Notes under the pieces: generated by a model | The model's database searches: none | What the model was told of the DNA's origin: nothing | The model's input: only the letters and a program-made list of their open reading frames with translations | Shown: in pieces, positions 37,486-48,400 of the stretch | Layout of the letters: each line of letters starts with the position of its first letter | Position numbering within the stretch: position 1 is the first letter of the stretch | Position numbers and translations under genes: made by a program | Origin: a virus | Virus record (IMG/VR): IMGVR_UViG_3300048014_000057 | Span: 80,860 to 144,859 of that record | Length of the DNA stretch: 64,000 bases | Direction: 5' to 3' (one strand)

Positions 37486-38295
37486 ATAAAAATAAGGATC
37501 AGCATTAGGTGCAAGAGTAGTTGTTACGATAAAATCATCGGAAGTATTAGAAACATAAACATAAGAATAAGCATTGGAAGATATTGAATTATTAGAGATA
37601 TCTTCCATACCAAAATTCTTATAGTAATTATTGGAAGAAATATTGTCGGAAACATAAATGCCCACATTGGCAAGATTAATGACAGGGGAAGTTTTAATAG
37701 GACCATAAAAGGCACCTTTTAGAGTAAAACCCAAAACCCAAATTATTACAGACCTATTTTTAAAATTTGAATTTTCATCATCATCAAGTTTAACTCCATT
37801 TAAGATAATAGGAACATCTGTAGGAGGAATATCCGGAAACATAATTGCTCTAATTGTAAAATCTGGTGTAAAAAAAGGAAGTATTTGTTCTAGAATTTTT
37901 GTTCCATCTTCATTATTTTTTACATATATATAAACCTCAAAATGAATATCATAAGGAACCGGATTATAATTAAATGTTACAGAAGAATTAGAAGAAGAAA
38001 GATTAGTAAAATTTCTTCCAATAGTATTAAATTTTCTGGTGGTATCATAAACAATATCCTTGATTTCAAAGGATATTACAGGTAAAATAATTGCATCTTC
38101 TCTATTAATAGCAGGGTCAGAAATAACTCTAGTTAACATTTTTTCTTTTTTAGCATATTGAATTGGTACATTAACAATTTGAGTTACATTATTAGAAGAA
38201 TCATTTCTATTAATTATTAGATTATTAAATACTGATCCCATTAAAAAAACATATTTTTTAATTGTAGAATAATAAAAATAATCGTTATTTAACAA
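37474..38295 (-). CDS. gp15: Tail sheath stabiliser/terminator (T4 gp15-like)
   Basis: YFY..TIKKYV..MG..FN, VPIQYA.KEK, LP.ISFE, PVPYDI, ILEQILPFF.P, YGP. Confidence 0.92.
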   Translation of the reverse strand: MLNNDYFYYSTIKKYVFLMGSVFNNLIINRNDSSNNVTQIVNVPIQYAKKEKMLTRVISDPAINREDAIILPVISFEIKDIVYDTTRKFNTIGRNFTNLSSSNSSVTFNYNPVPYDIHFEVYIYVKNNEDGTKILEQILPFFTPDFTIRAIMFPDIPPTDVPIILNGVKLDDDENSNFKNRSVIIWVLGFTLKGAFYGPIKTSPVINLANVGIYVSDNISSNNYYKNFGMEDISNNSISSNAYSYVYVSNTSDDFIVTTTLAPNADPYFYLGI

Positions 38296-38308
38296 TTATA
38301 TATTCCTT

Positions 38309-38518
38309 TTATGAAAAATATAATTGATATATTTTAAAAGACATTTCTTTAATATCTTCCATCATTACATTTTCATCCATTGTGTCATCAGGCATCATTC
38401 CATCATTATTTCCAGAACTTTCTCCACCATCGGAGTCATTAGTTTCATATCCCATGTTATCGCTTCCTGTAGTATCATTAGGATGTATTGATGCATGAAT
38501 CATATTTTTATTTTTCAT
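38309..38518 (-). CDS. Small acidic low-complexity protein
   Basis: AAGGA RBS, late motif upstream; IHASIH motif. Confidence 0.5.
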   Translation of the reverse strand: MKNKNMIHASIHPNDTTGSDNMGYETNDSDGGESSGNNDGMMPDDTMDENVMMEDIKEMSFKIYQLYFS

Positions 38519-38541
38519 TAAATTTTCCTTTTAATTATTTA

Positions 38542-39276
38542 TTAAGAAACGAAACCAAATGGATTAGATTCCGATGTAGAAACAAGAGGAATAACATCTG
38601 TATTAAGTGTATCTTCATCGGTTATTATATCAATATTTTGTACATCATAAGATTCGAGAGTAATTCTATTACCATTTTCATCTGTGAGAATTGATCCTTC
38701 ATCTGATTGTACAACATTATCAAGAATATTTAATGAAGAAAGAGTTTGTATAGAATCAATTTCTGATATTTCTGTATTAAATGTTTCATTGGAATATTCA
38801 AATAATTCACAAGTTAATCTATAAAGGGGAAGAACACCAAGAGGATAAAAAATTTCTTTATTATTAGTAAATTTAACTTGAAAACATTTTTGATTTAATT
38901 TAAAATATATTAAATCTCCTTCATCTGGTCTTTCAGAATTTGATATTGGTTTTATTGTTCTATCAAATATTCTTTTTGGTATTGTAACTGTTATTTGGTC
39001 TCTAATTTCAAGTCCAAATTTAGAAAAAATATCTTTTTGTCCTCCGAATCCATCAATAGATTCTAAATAACAAATTGTTTCTATTGCATTTGTATATGAT
39101 GATTGATCATCTGTTTCATAAATTTTATCAAAATTTACAATATTTCTTGGTATATAATAAATTTCAATTCCTGCCATTTGAACAGCTTGACAAAGTAAAT
39201 CCTGATATAACTCTTGTTCTGGTTGAAAATTATATCTATTAAAAAAAGGATTAAGATAATTTTGTGGAGTTGTCAT
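38542..39276 (-). CDS. gp14: Neck protein (T4 gp14-like)
   Basis: EQ.L..DL, YYIPR, SKFGLEIRD, RP.EGDLIYF, CELFEYS.E, SE.NPFG. Confidence 0.93.
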   Translation of the reverse strand: MTTPQNYLNPFFNRYNFQPEQELYQDLLCQAVQMAGIEIYYIPRNIVNFDKIYETDDQSSYTNAIETICYLESIDGFGGQKDIFSKFGLEIRDQITVTIPKRIFDRTIKPISNSERPDEGDLIYFKLNQKCFQVKFTNNKEIFYPLGVLPLYRLTCELFEYSNETFNTEISEIDSIQTLSSLNILDNVVQSDEGSILTDENGNRITLESYDVQNIDIITDEDTLNTDVIPLVSTSESNPFGFVS

Positions 39277-39290
39277 TTATTATTTTTATT

Positions 39291-40028
39291 TTAACCGATA
39301 AACATATTAGGTGGTATAGAAAATGCTTTAAGTAATTTCTTTTCTAATCTTTCTATTTCCATAGTAGCATCATTATATATTTTTTGTCCATTTAATTTTA
39401 TTTGTCCAGGCATAGGCAATTCCATCAGACTTAAAATTGATCCCCATCTTTGTTTTATTTGTGCGGTACAATAATCCTGTGCCCATTTATCACTCCATAA
39501 ACCAGAATAAACCGTAGGATCAAGAACCATGTAACATTCTACACAAAGAAACTCCCCAACTGTAATTTGATCCCAATCCATATCCAAGTAACAAATATTA
39601 TTATGACGATTATAACGAATAGGTTGTTGTCCAACTAACATTTGTTCTAAAAATTGTACATGCTCCATAACCATATAATAAGGAATTAAGGAAACATTGG
39701 AAATATTATAAAGATCATTAATGACGAATTGATATCTCATATTAAAAAGAGAATTGGTATTTAAAGCATCACCAATAGGAAAAAGTCTAACAGCACCAAT
39801 AATATTTTGAGGAAGAGTAATATAACGATTCTGAATATCCTGTTCTGTTACAGAATAAGTATAATATGTTTTATCACTTCCTTCCATATGATATGTTGCA
39901 TATAAATATAACATAGCATCTACAGCATCATCAACTTGTTCTTCTGAAACATTTATTTGAATTACTGGTGCGCCGAGTTTACGTAGACAATAATTTTTAA
40001 AATCTTGACGATTAGTAGGTACAGTCAT
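39291..40028 (-). CDS. gp13: Neck protein (T4 gp13-like)
   Basis: YCLRKLGAPVIQINV...Q.DD, IKQRWG, LNG..IY.DA, PP.MFIG. Confidence 0.95.
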   Translation of the reverse strand: MTVPTNRQDFKNYCLRKLGAPVIQINVSEEQVDDAVDAMLYLYATYHMEGSDKTYYTYSVTEQDIQNRYITLPQNIIGAVRLFPIGDALNTNSLFNMRYQFVINDLYNISNVSLIPYYMVMEHVQFLEQMLVGQQPIRYNRHNNICYLDMDWDQITVGEFLCVECYMVLDPTVYSGLWSDKWAQDYCTAQIKQRWGSILSLMELPMPGQIKLNGQKIYNDATMEIERLEKKLLKAFSIPPNMFIG

Positions 40029-40061
40029 TTAAAATCCTTTTTATATATTTATTCAAAACAC

Positions 40062-40095
40062 AAAAAAAAGGACTATCAATTAAGATAGTCCTTTT
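40062..40095 (-). terminator. Rho-independent terminator (possibly bidirectional)
   Basis: AAAAGGACTATC-aattaa-GATAGTCCTTTT with an 8-T tail on the minus strand. Confidence 0.8.
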
Positions 40096-40120
40096 AAAAT
40101 AAAGTTTTTACTTTTATTTA

Positions 40121-40609
40121 TTATTCTGTTTTTTCTTCTTTTTCTATTTCATCTTTCTCACATTCTACATCAATAAGTTTTACTTCCCAAAATTCATCTC
40201 TTTTCAGAAGAAAATTATATAAACATTTTGCATCTTTTTCTGTTTCTACCTCATAATATTCATTCCCAGAAGAAGTTTTGAAAAGAATATAATATTCATT
40301 ATATTTTGCTAGTTCTTCATTATTACTTACATTTATATTTTCTGTATTAAGATTTTCTAGATAATCAACAGAAACATATTTTTTATTTATTGCTTTTCTG
40401 ATTAATTCCTCAAAATATGAATAATTAATAATTGTATTTTTATCTTGATATGCGTTTATAATTTCCTTACAATCTTCTAGATTAAAACCAGTTTGACTTT
40501 TCATTTCTCTGACTTGACCAATTAAATTAGGAAAATCTGTAGTTACATTTACAACTATATCCTTAACACGTTCGATAAGAGCGTTTAACATTTGATATGC
40601 CATAATCAT
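40121..40609 (-). CDS. Hypothetical early protein with an L7/L12-CTD/EF-Ts-like helical motif
   Basis: AGGAG RBS; IGQVREMKSQTGFNLEDCKEII; own promoter and terminator. Confidence 0.6.
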   Translation of the reverse strand: MIMAYQMLNALIERVKDIVVNVTTDFPNLIGQVREMKSQTGFNLEDCKEIINAYQDKNTIINYSYFEELIRKAINKKYVSVDYLENLNTENINVSNNEELAKYNEYYILFKTSSGNEYYEVETEKDAKCLYNFLLKRDEFWEVKLIDVECEKDEIEKEEKTE

Positions 40610-40638
40610 TTTTTACTCTCCTTTTATTCGAGGATTTC

Positions 40639-40667
40639 AATATAGGAAATATTTTTTAGAATGTCAA
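40639..40667 (-). promoter_or_regulatory. Sigma70-type promoter (TTGACA-17-TATATT)
   Basis: Near-consensus with 17-nt spacing, upstream of 40609. Confidence 0.65.
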
Positions 40668-41203
40668 GCAGAAAATAACAAAGAAAAAACTGAATCACTC
40701 CGATCAGTAAATATTTCTCTATCATTTAAACCATTTAAACCACCATTAATTTTTCGCGTAATACCTTCGATATCATCATTATCTGCAAGTGCATTAAGAT
40801 TATGTGATTTCCAATATTCACATGCTGTTCTAACCGCAATTTCAGGAGAAGCAGCCAAAGAAGGATTGCTAACTAAATCAATACCAAGAATTTTTGACAT
40901 GGAAGTATAATTAGTACGTCCTGTTAATTGAAAAATTCCTCTTCCTTTAAATCTAGGACCATCACCTTCTTCTGTATTACCTAAATCTCGTCTACCTTCA
41001 TATTCATTTCCTGAAGCATATTCTACTAATGTTTTAAATCCAGCAGATTCCTCTGCGGCCTGTCCATAAAAATGATCTAGGCGAAGAAGTGTATTAATTT
41101 CATATAAAGGTAAATATTTATTTAAAAATGGGATTAAATCTGAAACTATTTGATGATTAGCTTGTGGAGCAATTTTTAATAACATTTCTTCTGTGATATT
41201 CAT
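40664..41203 (-). CDS. Glycoside hydrolase family 19 endolysin
   Basis: HFYGQAAEESAGF, DG.RFKGRGIFQLTGR.NY, TRKINGG.NGL.DR. Confidence 0.92.
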   Translation of the reverse strand: MNITEEMLLKIAPQANHQIVSDLIPFLNKYLPLYEINTLLRLDHFYGQAAEESAGFKTLVEYASGNEYEGRRDLGNTEEGDGPRFKGRGIFQLTGRTNYTSMSKILGIDLVSNPSLAASPEIAVRTACEYWKSHNLNALADNDDIEGITRKINGGLNGLNDREIFTDRSDSVFSLLFSA

Positions 41204-41220
41204 TTTTCTTCCTTTTTAAC

Positions 41221-41249
41221 TTGACATGAAATTAATTTTATGTTAGTAT
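41221..41249 (+). promoter_or_regulatory. Sigma70-type promoter (TTGACA-17-TAGTAT)
   Basis: Near-consensus, upstream of the + strand orphan gene. Confidence 0.65.
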
Positions 41250-41273
41250 TTATTTATGCAAAGGAGATTTGTC

Positions 41274-41579
41274 ATGAAAATTCTTGTAATATTCTTTTAT
41301 ATGTTTGTTATTATTTCTTGTAATGCATCGGAAATAGATGATGCTACTCAAAATTTATATAATTGGGGAATAACTCATCAAGAAGAATTAAATAAATTTT
41401 TTCGAGATCATCCTTCTGAAACATCATATTTTCGATGGATTTATATTGGACATAACAAATATACAATGGTATTTCCTGCCCCTTCACGAGGATTAAAAGA
41501 AGGTTGTTTTGAGACTGCCCAAGGATGGGAAAAAGGTTATATGCCGGGAGATATGCATGTCAATGATAATTGTTCATAA
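41274..41579 (+). CDS. Small exported or lipoprotein-like protein
   Basis: AAGGAG RBS before ATG 41274; MKILVIFFYMFVIISCNA signal-like; two further Cys. Confidence 0.6.
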   Translation: MKILVIFFYMFVIISCNASEIDDATQNLYNWGITHQEELNKFFRDHPSETSYFRWIYIGHNKYTMVFPAPSRGLKEGCFETAQGWEKGYMPGDMHVNDNCS

Positions 41580-41585
41580 AAAAAT

Positions 41586-42308
41586 TTAAAATGAAAAATT
41601 CATAAATGGAGCGGAATATCCAGAACTCGGAGTGTAAATTAATTCAATAGCTCCTTGTGCTCCATTCCCTCCTAAACCTCCATATCCATCCGAACTGCCT
41701 CCACCACCACCATAGTTAGACCCAGGATATCCACTTCCGGAAGTGCCTCCTCCACCACCAGCACCACCTATACCTCCTCCACCACCAGCACCACCATTAT
41801 TAAAAAATGCTGATCCCCCATTTCCATTAATATCACCTCCACCTCCACCTCCACCTCCATTTCCATCTCCATCTCCACCTCCATAACTAGGAAAATTATT
41901 AGATTGACCACCAGCACCACCATTATGTGTTAATCCAGTTCCTCCCGCCGAATTTCCACCAAAAAAAGAAGAAGTATTTCCAGGATTAATTCCACCATTT
42001 GCAGTAAGAGTTATTGATCCTGTAAACGATGTAGTTCCACCAGGATTAGGAAATTGTCCAATATATATACCAGTACCATTAGATTGAGTACCACCAGCAC
42101 CAATTGAAATTGTTACAGTATTAGGATTAAATGTATTAGATATACCGAGGGAAAATCCACCACCACCACCACCATAACCATTTCCTTTTCCGCTAGAATT
42201 ATATCCCCAAGCACCTGCGCCCGCACCATAAACTAATACATTGGCATAACCAGGAAAACCAGATAAAGCAGGAAGAGAAGTACCAGAAGTAATTGTTACA
42301 CTAGTCAT
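41586..42308 (-). CDS. Glycine-rich tail-fibre-associated protein (adhesin-like)
   Basis: Long GGGGG/GAGG runs; downstream of a fibre gene. Confidence 0.6.
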   Translation of the reverse strand: MTSVTITSGTSLPALSGFPGYANVLVYGAGAGAWGYNSSGKGNGYGGGGGGFSLGISNTFNPNTVTISIGAGGTQSNGTGIYIGQFPNPGGTTSFTGSITLTANGGINPGNTSSFFGGNSAGGTGLTHNGGAGGQSNNFPSYGGGDGDGNGGGGGGGGDINGNGGSAFFNNGGAGGGGGIGGAGGGGGTSGSGYPGSNYGGGGGSSDGYGGLGGNGAQGAIELIYTPSSGYSAPFMNFSF

Positions 42309-42706
42309 TCTACTAAATCTCCATTTTTATATTTCCATCCTATTTTTGCAGTTGGATGTTGTATTATTTTATGATTCTTTCCAAGATGATCACCAGAATC
42401 TCCACATGATAAATCTGCTTCAATTATGTTTATAACATTTCCGTTATGATCAACATGAGCATGTCTTGTTTCGTGTAATTCAGGAATTTTTAAATTTATT
42501 TTTTTTGATATAAATTCTTGTAATTTTATGAAATTTTTTTCATATTCTTGGTGAGTTAAATATAAAAATCCTTCTCCATCATGTTTATTATTTTCATGTT
42601 CTTTATATTCAGAATTATTATCTGCATCAATAATTCTTCTTATTTTTCCTGTTTTTTTAGAATATATAATTAAAATTTTATTAACATTTCTTCTAGAATT
42701 ATTCAT
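42305..42706 (-). CDS. Hypothetical protein, possible fibre assembly factor
   Basis: Between the fibre and Gly-rich genes; V.NIIEAD...A.IGW.Y motif. Confidence 0.5.
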   Translation of the reverse strand: MNNSRRNVNKILIIYSKKTGKIRRIIDADNNSEYKEHENNKHDGEGFLYLTHQEYEKNFIKLQEFISKKINLKIPELHETRHAHVDHNGNVINIIEADLSCGDSGDHLGKNHKIIQHPTAKIGWKYKNGDLVE

Positions 42707-42748
42707 TTTTTTTCTCTTTTTTTATTATTTTACAGAAAAGTGTATGTT

Positions 42749-45235
42749 TTAAATATTTCCGTCACAAATTGTTAGAGAAGTATTAACAATGAATATAGAT
42801 ACAGAACCATATTGATTTATTACATTATAATTTCCTGTTCTTGATCCTAATGTCATTCCAGCCGAATTAGTGAAATTAACATTTCCAGAACCTAATCTTG
42901 TTACTAATAATCTAGAATTATTTGGCATTGTATTAGGAATATTAATATAAACATTACTAGAAGAATTTACAAGAATAATAGAGCCTGAATCTGTATTAGA
43001 AAGACTATAATTTGCAGAAATTGTATTCGATTGCATATAAAGAGATTGTACATAAGAATTTACACTTACATAACCATTAGCAATAATATTATTATTTACA
43101 GTAATAGTACCACCAAATTGAACCCCCGCACCAGTCTGATCTATATTAACAAAACCAGTTGCTAAATTTAATATATAGGGTCTTAGAGAACTCCATGTTC
43201 CGGTAGAATTTCCCGATGCAGTTATCATTTCATAATAATTACTTCCGTCATTTCTAAAAATAATACCATAATTTCCATAAATTGCTCTAAATTGTCCACC
43301 ACCACTATCAAAACTAGTAGAAACTATTCCTCCATTACCATTAATTTGTCCAACAGAATTTATATATGAAGAAGAATTAATTGTTGTTCCGTTAAAAACA
43401 CCCGTAAAAACTGTTGCATTAGCATAATAAGAAGAGTTATGTCCTCCGAAATTTGTTGAATTATTTGAAGTAAGAGTAGCAACATTTCCTGATAATCCGG
43501 CCGTAGTTTGATAGGATGATAAATTAGACTGTAATTGTGCATTGGAAACAACATTAGCAACACTAACCGTACCTACATAATTTGTATTATTAGAGGTTAA
43601 AGTAGCAACATTAGCAGATAAAGTTGAATTTAATTGATAGGAAGAAGCAATTGTACCACCTAAATAACTTGAATTATTTGAAGTAAGAGTAGCAACATTA
43701 GCAGATAAAGTTGAATTTAATTGATAGGATAATAAATTAGATTGTAATTGTGTATTGGAAACAACATTAGCAACACTAACCGTACCTACATAATTTGTAT
43801 TATTAGAAGTAAGAGTAGCAACATTAGCAGATAATCCGGCTGTAGTTTGATAATTGGAAAGATTAGAGGTTAATTGAGAAGTATTAACTAAATTAACTAT
43901 ATTTGCCTGTAATTGTGCATTGGAAACAACATTAGCAATACTAACCGTACCTACATAATTTGTATTATTAGAGGTTAAAGTAGCAACATTTCCTGATAAT
44001 CCGGCTGTAGTTTGATAGGATGATAAATTAGATTGTAATTGTGCATTGGAAACAACATTGGCAACAGATACAGAACCTACATAATTTGTATTATTAGAAG
44101 TTCCTGTAAATATTGTAGAATTAACACTAGAATTAACGGTAGAATTACCAATATTTAAAGAATTTGCAGTAATAGAAGAAAAATTACCTATCCATCTATA
44201 AGTAGAATTACCTACTAAATATGAATTATCTATAGAAGGAATAAAATTTCCATTAGAAACTTGTGTATTAGAATAAGTAATATTTCCTGAAACTGTTAGA
44301 CTTCCTAAGACTGTTATATTCGAAACCACATTTATAAATCCTGTAGTAATTGAAGAAGAATTTATAAATGTGTTAACTGTAGAATTGCCCAAAGAAATAA
44401 CAGAAGTATTGACTAAAACATTAGAACCAATAGAGATATTTGATGAAAAAACCGGATTTGTTACATTAGCAAATGAGGAAGAAGGTAAACCATTAAAATA
44501 AGTTGAATTATTGGAAGTTCCTGTAAATACTGTGGAATTAACTATGGAATTAACTGTGGAATTGCCTATAAAAAATAAAGAATTATTGACAATAGTATTT
44601 CCTACAATTATAGTAGAAGTATTGACTAAAACATTAGAACCAATAGAGATATTTGATGAAAAAACCGGATTTGTTACATTGGCATAATAAGAAGATAATT
44701 GTCCATTAAAATAAGTCGAATTATTGGAAGTTCCTGTAAATACTGTGGAATTAACTGTAGAATTAACTGTGGAATTTCCAAAATATATTAGAGAAGAATT
44801 TACAACAGTATTTCCTGTATTTAAAGAAATTGTATTAATATTTCCATTGACAATCATATTATTAGAAAAATTTGTATTACCAATAATAGAAGATGTATTA
44901 ATTATTAAATTATTCGTAGAAATATTAAATGTACTTTTTGAAGAATTCGCATAAATTCCACCAAGTGAATATAATCCAATATTAAAAAATGTATTGGAAC
45001 CTACATAAAGATTAGCAGCAGCATTAATAGTTCCGCCTTGAATTGTATTTCCAACGGCTAAAACAACAGAACCAAAATAACCATTAACAAAAGAATTTCC
45101 TGTAGTTAAGGAACCATTAGAAGTTGCATCGGAGGTAACAGTATTTGATGAAATAATATTAGCAATTTGATTGCTTCTTGTTAACCAAGTTCCAAAATAT
45201 TGACTGTTTGAAATTTGGCTAACTGTAATAGACAT
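42749..45235 (-). CDS. Tail fibre protein
   Basis: F..W..R.N N terminus, repeated GNSTVN and SNNTNYVG units, YGNYG..FRNDG...W..LRP fibre module. Confidence 0.8.
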   Translation of the reverse strand: MSITVSQISNSQYFGTWLTRSNQIANIISSNTVTSDATSNGSLTTGNSFVNGYFGSVVLAVGNTIQGGTINAAANLYVGSNTFFNIGLYSLGGIYANSSKSTFNISTNNLIINTSSIIGNTNFSNNMIVNGNINTISLNTGNTVVNSSLIYFGNSTVNSTVNSTVFTGTSNNSTYFNGQLSSYYANVTNPVFSSNISIGSNVLVNTSTIIVGNTIVNNSLFFIGNSTVNSIVNSTVFTGTSNNSTYFNGLPSSSFANVTNPVFSSNISIGSNVLVNTSVISLGNSTVNTFINSSSITTGFINVVSNITVLGSLTVSGNITYSNTQVSNGNFIPSIDNSYLVGNSTYRWIGNFSSITANSLNIGNSTVNSSVNSTIFTGTSNNTNYVGSVSVANVVSNAQLQSNLSSYQTTAGLSGNVATLTSNNTNYVGTVSIANVVSNAQLQANIVNLVNTSQLTSNLSNYQTTAGLSANVATLTSNNTNYVGTVSVANVVSNTQLQSNLLSYQLNSTLSANVATLTSNNSSYLGGTIASSYQLNSTLSANVATLTSNNTNYVGTVSVANVVSNAQLQSNLSSYQTTAGLSGNVATLTSNNSTNFGGHNSSYYANATVFTGVFNGTTINSSSYINSVGQINGNGGIVSTSFDSGGGQFRAIYGNYGIIFRNDGSNYYEMITASGNSTGTWSSLRPYILNLATGFVNIDQTGAGVQFGGTITVNNNIIANGYVSVNSYVQSLYMQSNTISANYSLSNTDSGSIILVNSSSNVYINIPNTMPNNSRLLVTRLGSGNVNFTNSAGMTLGSRTGNYNVINQYGSVSIFIVNTSLTICDGNI
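43091..43397. repeat. 307-bp direct repeat, copy 1 (copy 2 at 63508-63814)
   Basis: Manual alignment: 5 mismatches, no gaps. Confidence 0.92.
43460..44105 (-). repeat. Mosaic internal coding repeats in the fibre shaft (SNNTNYVGTVSVANVVSNAQLQSNLSSYQTTAGLSGNVATLT and variants)
   Basis: About four near-identical DNA copies plus shorter variants; boundaries approximate. Confidence 0.85.
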
Positions 45236-45252
45236 TCATTATCCTTTTTTAA

Positions 45253-45474
45253 TTATTTATTTAATATTTTTTTTAATAAATTTTTAATTTCTAATATATC
45301 TGATTTCACGTCATCAAATTCTTCTACCATTTTATTTACTCGAAATCTGTAATCTCTTTCTTTTTTATATGCATTTAATTTTTCTATATCTTTATTTAAA
45401 ATAGCCTGAGTGTTCATATCTCTTATTAAAGATGGATTTTTTTCAACCTGATAAAATCTCGGGGTATTTCTCAT
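45253..45474 (-). CDS. Small conserved T4-like hypothetical protein
   Basis: LIRD..T.AILN...Y...R...D..EIK.LL pattern usually found after the large DUF4815-type gene. Confidence 0.7.
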   Translation of the reverse strand: MRNTPRFYQVEKNPSLIRDMNTQAILNKDIEKLNAYKKERDYRFRVNKMVEEFDDVKSDILEIKNLLKKILNK

Positions 45475-45486
45475 TTATTTCCTTAA

Positions 45487-48400
45487 TTATGTCAAAGTTG
45501 AAATAGCAACATAATCCGTTAATAGCGGAACTAAATAACTTCCTGCATTTGATAATAATACTAATTTTATAGCAAAAGTATCATATCCAACAAATAAAGC
45601 ACCGGAATTAGAAGTATATTGTACCATACCATTAGAATTTAAATAAGCTGTATTAAGATATGAATTACCAGAAGGAAGAGAGTTAGCAAAATTAAATATA
45701 TATTGATTAAAATCTTGATTATTAATTTTACTTGATCTTGTAATATTTGTAGTGTACATCGGAGTCCAAGATTTATTGATAAATGGATCAGAATCGTATT
45801 GATTTTGAATTTTAGCATAACAATAAATTGAAGTATTTGGAGGATAATAAGCACCAACATAAACTGTCATATCTTCTGCATCCATACCAGAAACCAAAGT
45901 AACAGTTTGGGAAATATATTTGTTTATAGCATTTCCTGAATTTGTTATTTCAGAAAGAAAAACATCATTATTGGAATCTTCTCCATTTATTAAATTCTGA
46001 ATACAAACAACAGCACTTTTAACTATATTAATAGCAGGAGAAAGATAATAAGAATTTGTAGTCATGTTTCCATATACAAATAATGATTTATTTCCAGAAT
46101 TATATTTCATTTCATTAGATTTAGACATAACTACTCTTTCTTTATCTATAAAATCTGTTGATTTTCCAAATGTAAGATAAGTTTGATTTATATCAGATAT
46201 ATAAGAATTATAAGAATTTGAGACCCCCAACATTGAAAAATTAAGAGTAGTTACAGAAGGAATGGAAGTTGCAAATTTAGGCATTATAGTATCATAAGGA
46301 ATATCATTAAGAGTAGTAATAGTAGCAGAAGCGCCAGAAAGAGAACCAATAATTAATCCATTATTAGTAGAAAGATAAACAGAAGAATTAGAAGTAGAAT
46401 TTTGTACTGTTAATATTGTATTATTAACAGATTTAATTAATCCAGTAAGTCCTCCGTTAGATGTAAGAATACCCATAGAACAATTATTATCAGTAAATAT
46501 TGGTACTGTATTAATAACAAATGAACCAACAGAATTTGAATTTACGTTAGCAATCATACAATAATTATTTGTATTAGAAAATAGATAAATTTTTGTATTG
46601 GCTGCTAATCCAGTTGTATTTCCATTAATTGTAGTTGAAGTATTAGAAACTGAAATATTTCCTGTTTGAAGAACTGTATTAGAATAATAAACAGCCTCTC
46701 CTAATTGAAAAATTCTTGAAGTATTGGCAATTGAAAGATATTCAGTATCATCATTAGTAAAAGTAGCAATACCCTGAGTAACAGTAAAATCTGCTATATA
46801 AAGATTAAATTTAATAGCTTCATTTTGATATGCAGTCCAAGTAGAATTTTGTGAGGAAAGAAACATATCCCCAATAAATGAAAGAGAATAGATTGGAGCA
46901 TTAGTAAGAACATCTGTTCCTGAAATTACACCTGTCCATAAATCATAATTAGGATTTGCTCCATCAGGAATAACAACAAAACAATAATCTGTTCCACTTT
47001 CTAAAAATACGGGTTCTGGAAATACAATATTTGTTACTGCCGAAGCATTCCCAGAAGTTAAAATTTGAGAAGGAATAAGATGAATTTGTGATCCTACTTG
47101 AATATTTATACCTGGATAACCATTAACCATATCTCTTATCTGAATTGTTACACCAAGATTAGGATCAACTGCATAAAAATATAAATCAAGTGAAGTTATA
47201 TAAACCCCTTGAACATTTGAAGGTAAATTAGTAGAAAGAATAGAAAATGCTTGTGCAATTGGCTCATGATGAGTTACAGCCAATGCTGCTTCTTGTACAA
47301 TTAATGTATTAATATCAAATCCAGTAACTACTGTATTAGTAGAAGTAGAATTAGAATAAGTAACCATAGATTGTGAAACTGTAGTAAGTGCTACTTGTGC
47401 TGCTTGTGTTTGTAATTCTAAATTATTTTGTGTATAAGCTAGATTAGTTCCTTGATAAGTACAAGAAGCTATAGTAGTAATAATATTTGACATTGTAACA
47501 AGATTAGAAATATCCATTATTTGAAAATTAATATTTCCTGTATAAAAAGTATTAGCAGGAAGATAAAAATATCCATAAATTGTTCCCGTAGAATCTGTCA
47601 CCATATTTGTTTGATTTAAAATATTATAATTAGAGTCAGTCTGTTTACAATATTGCGAAATTGACTTATCATTAAAATAAGTATAAACTTGTGTAGATGG
47701 TTTTAATCCAGTTGCAAAAAATTTAATTAATTGTGCCTGACAAAAAGGTTGAAGAGAAGCATCAGTTATAACATCTCCAAAAGAATAAGTAGAATTTACA
47801 GGAGTAACAGAAAGTTGTGTACCTGTTTGAGTATAAGTATTTGCTGTAGAAGAACTTGTGGTTGTAGTAGTGGCATAACCAGAAGTTGTAGTTTTAGAAG
47901 AACTTGTTGTCGTAGAAGCAGTTTCATTCCATGTTCCCCACTGAGTTCCCCAAGCATTTGCAAGATTTACCCAATTAGAATAAGAATTTAAATCTACAAC
48001 TACAGCAGGATTTACAGTAACATCGGGAGACCAATTACCAGATGGATTAAGGGTTACTGTTCCTGTCCATTCATAAAGAATATCTTCTGCACAATTTCTA
48101 AGTTGTGAGGCAAATGGCTGTGTAATCCACGGTCCAATTTGTTGATTATCAAGAAGAATTAATTGATTATCAGAAGAAACTACAGTATTATTGGATAAAT
48201 TATTAGAATATTCTAAATTTACATTAAATTGAGTAAATGTAGGACGAGCTTCGGAAGTAGAACCATCAATAGCAATATTAAAAGCAGGATCAAGTGTATT
48301 AGAAATAGAAAAATCATTAAATGGATCAGCAAGAATTCCATTTTGAAATCTTGTTTGTCCAGATTGATTAGTTAATAATAAATTTTGTGCAGTTTGTTCT

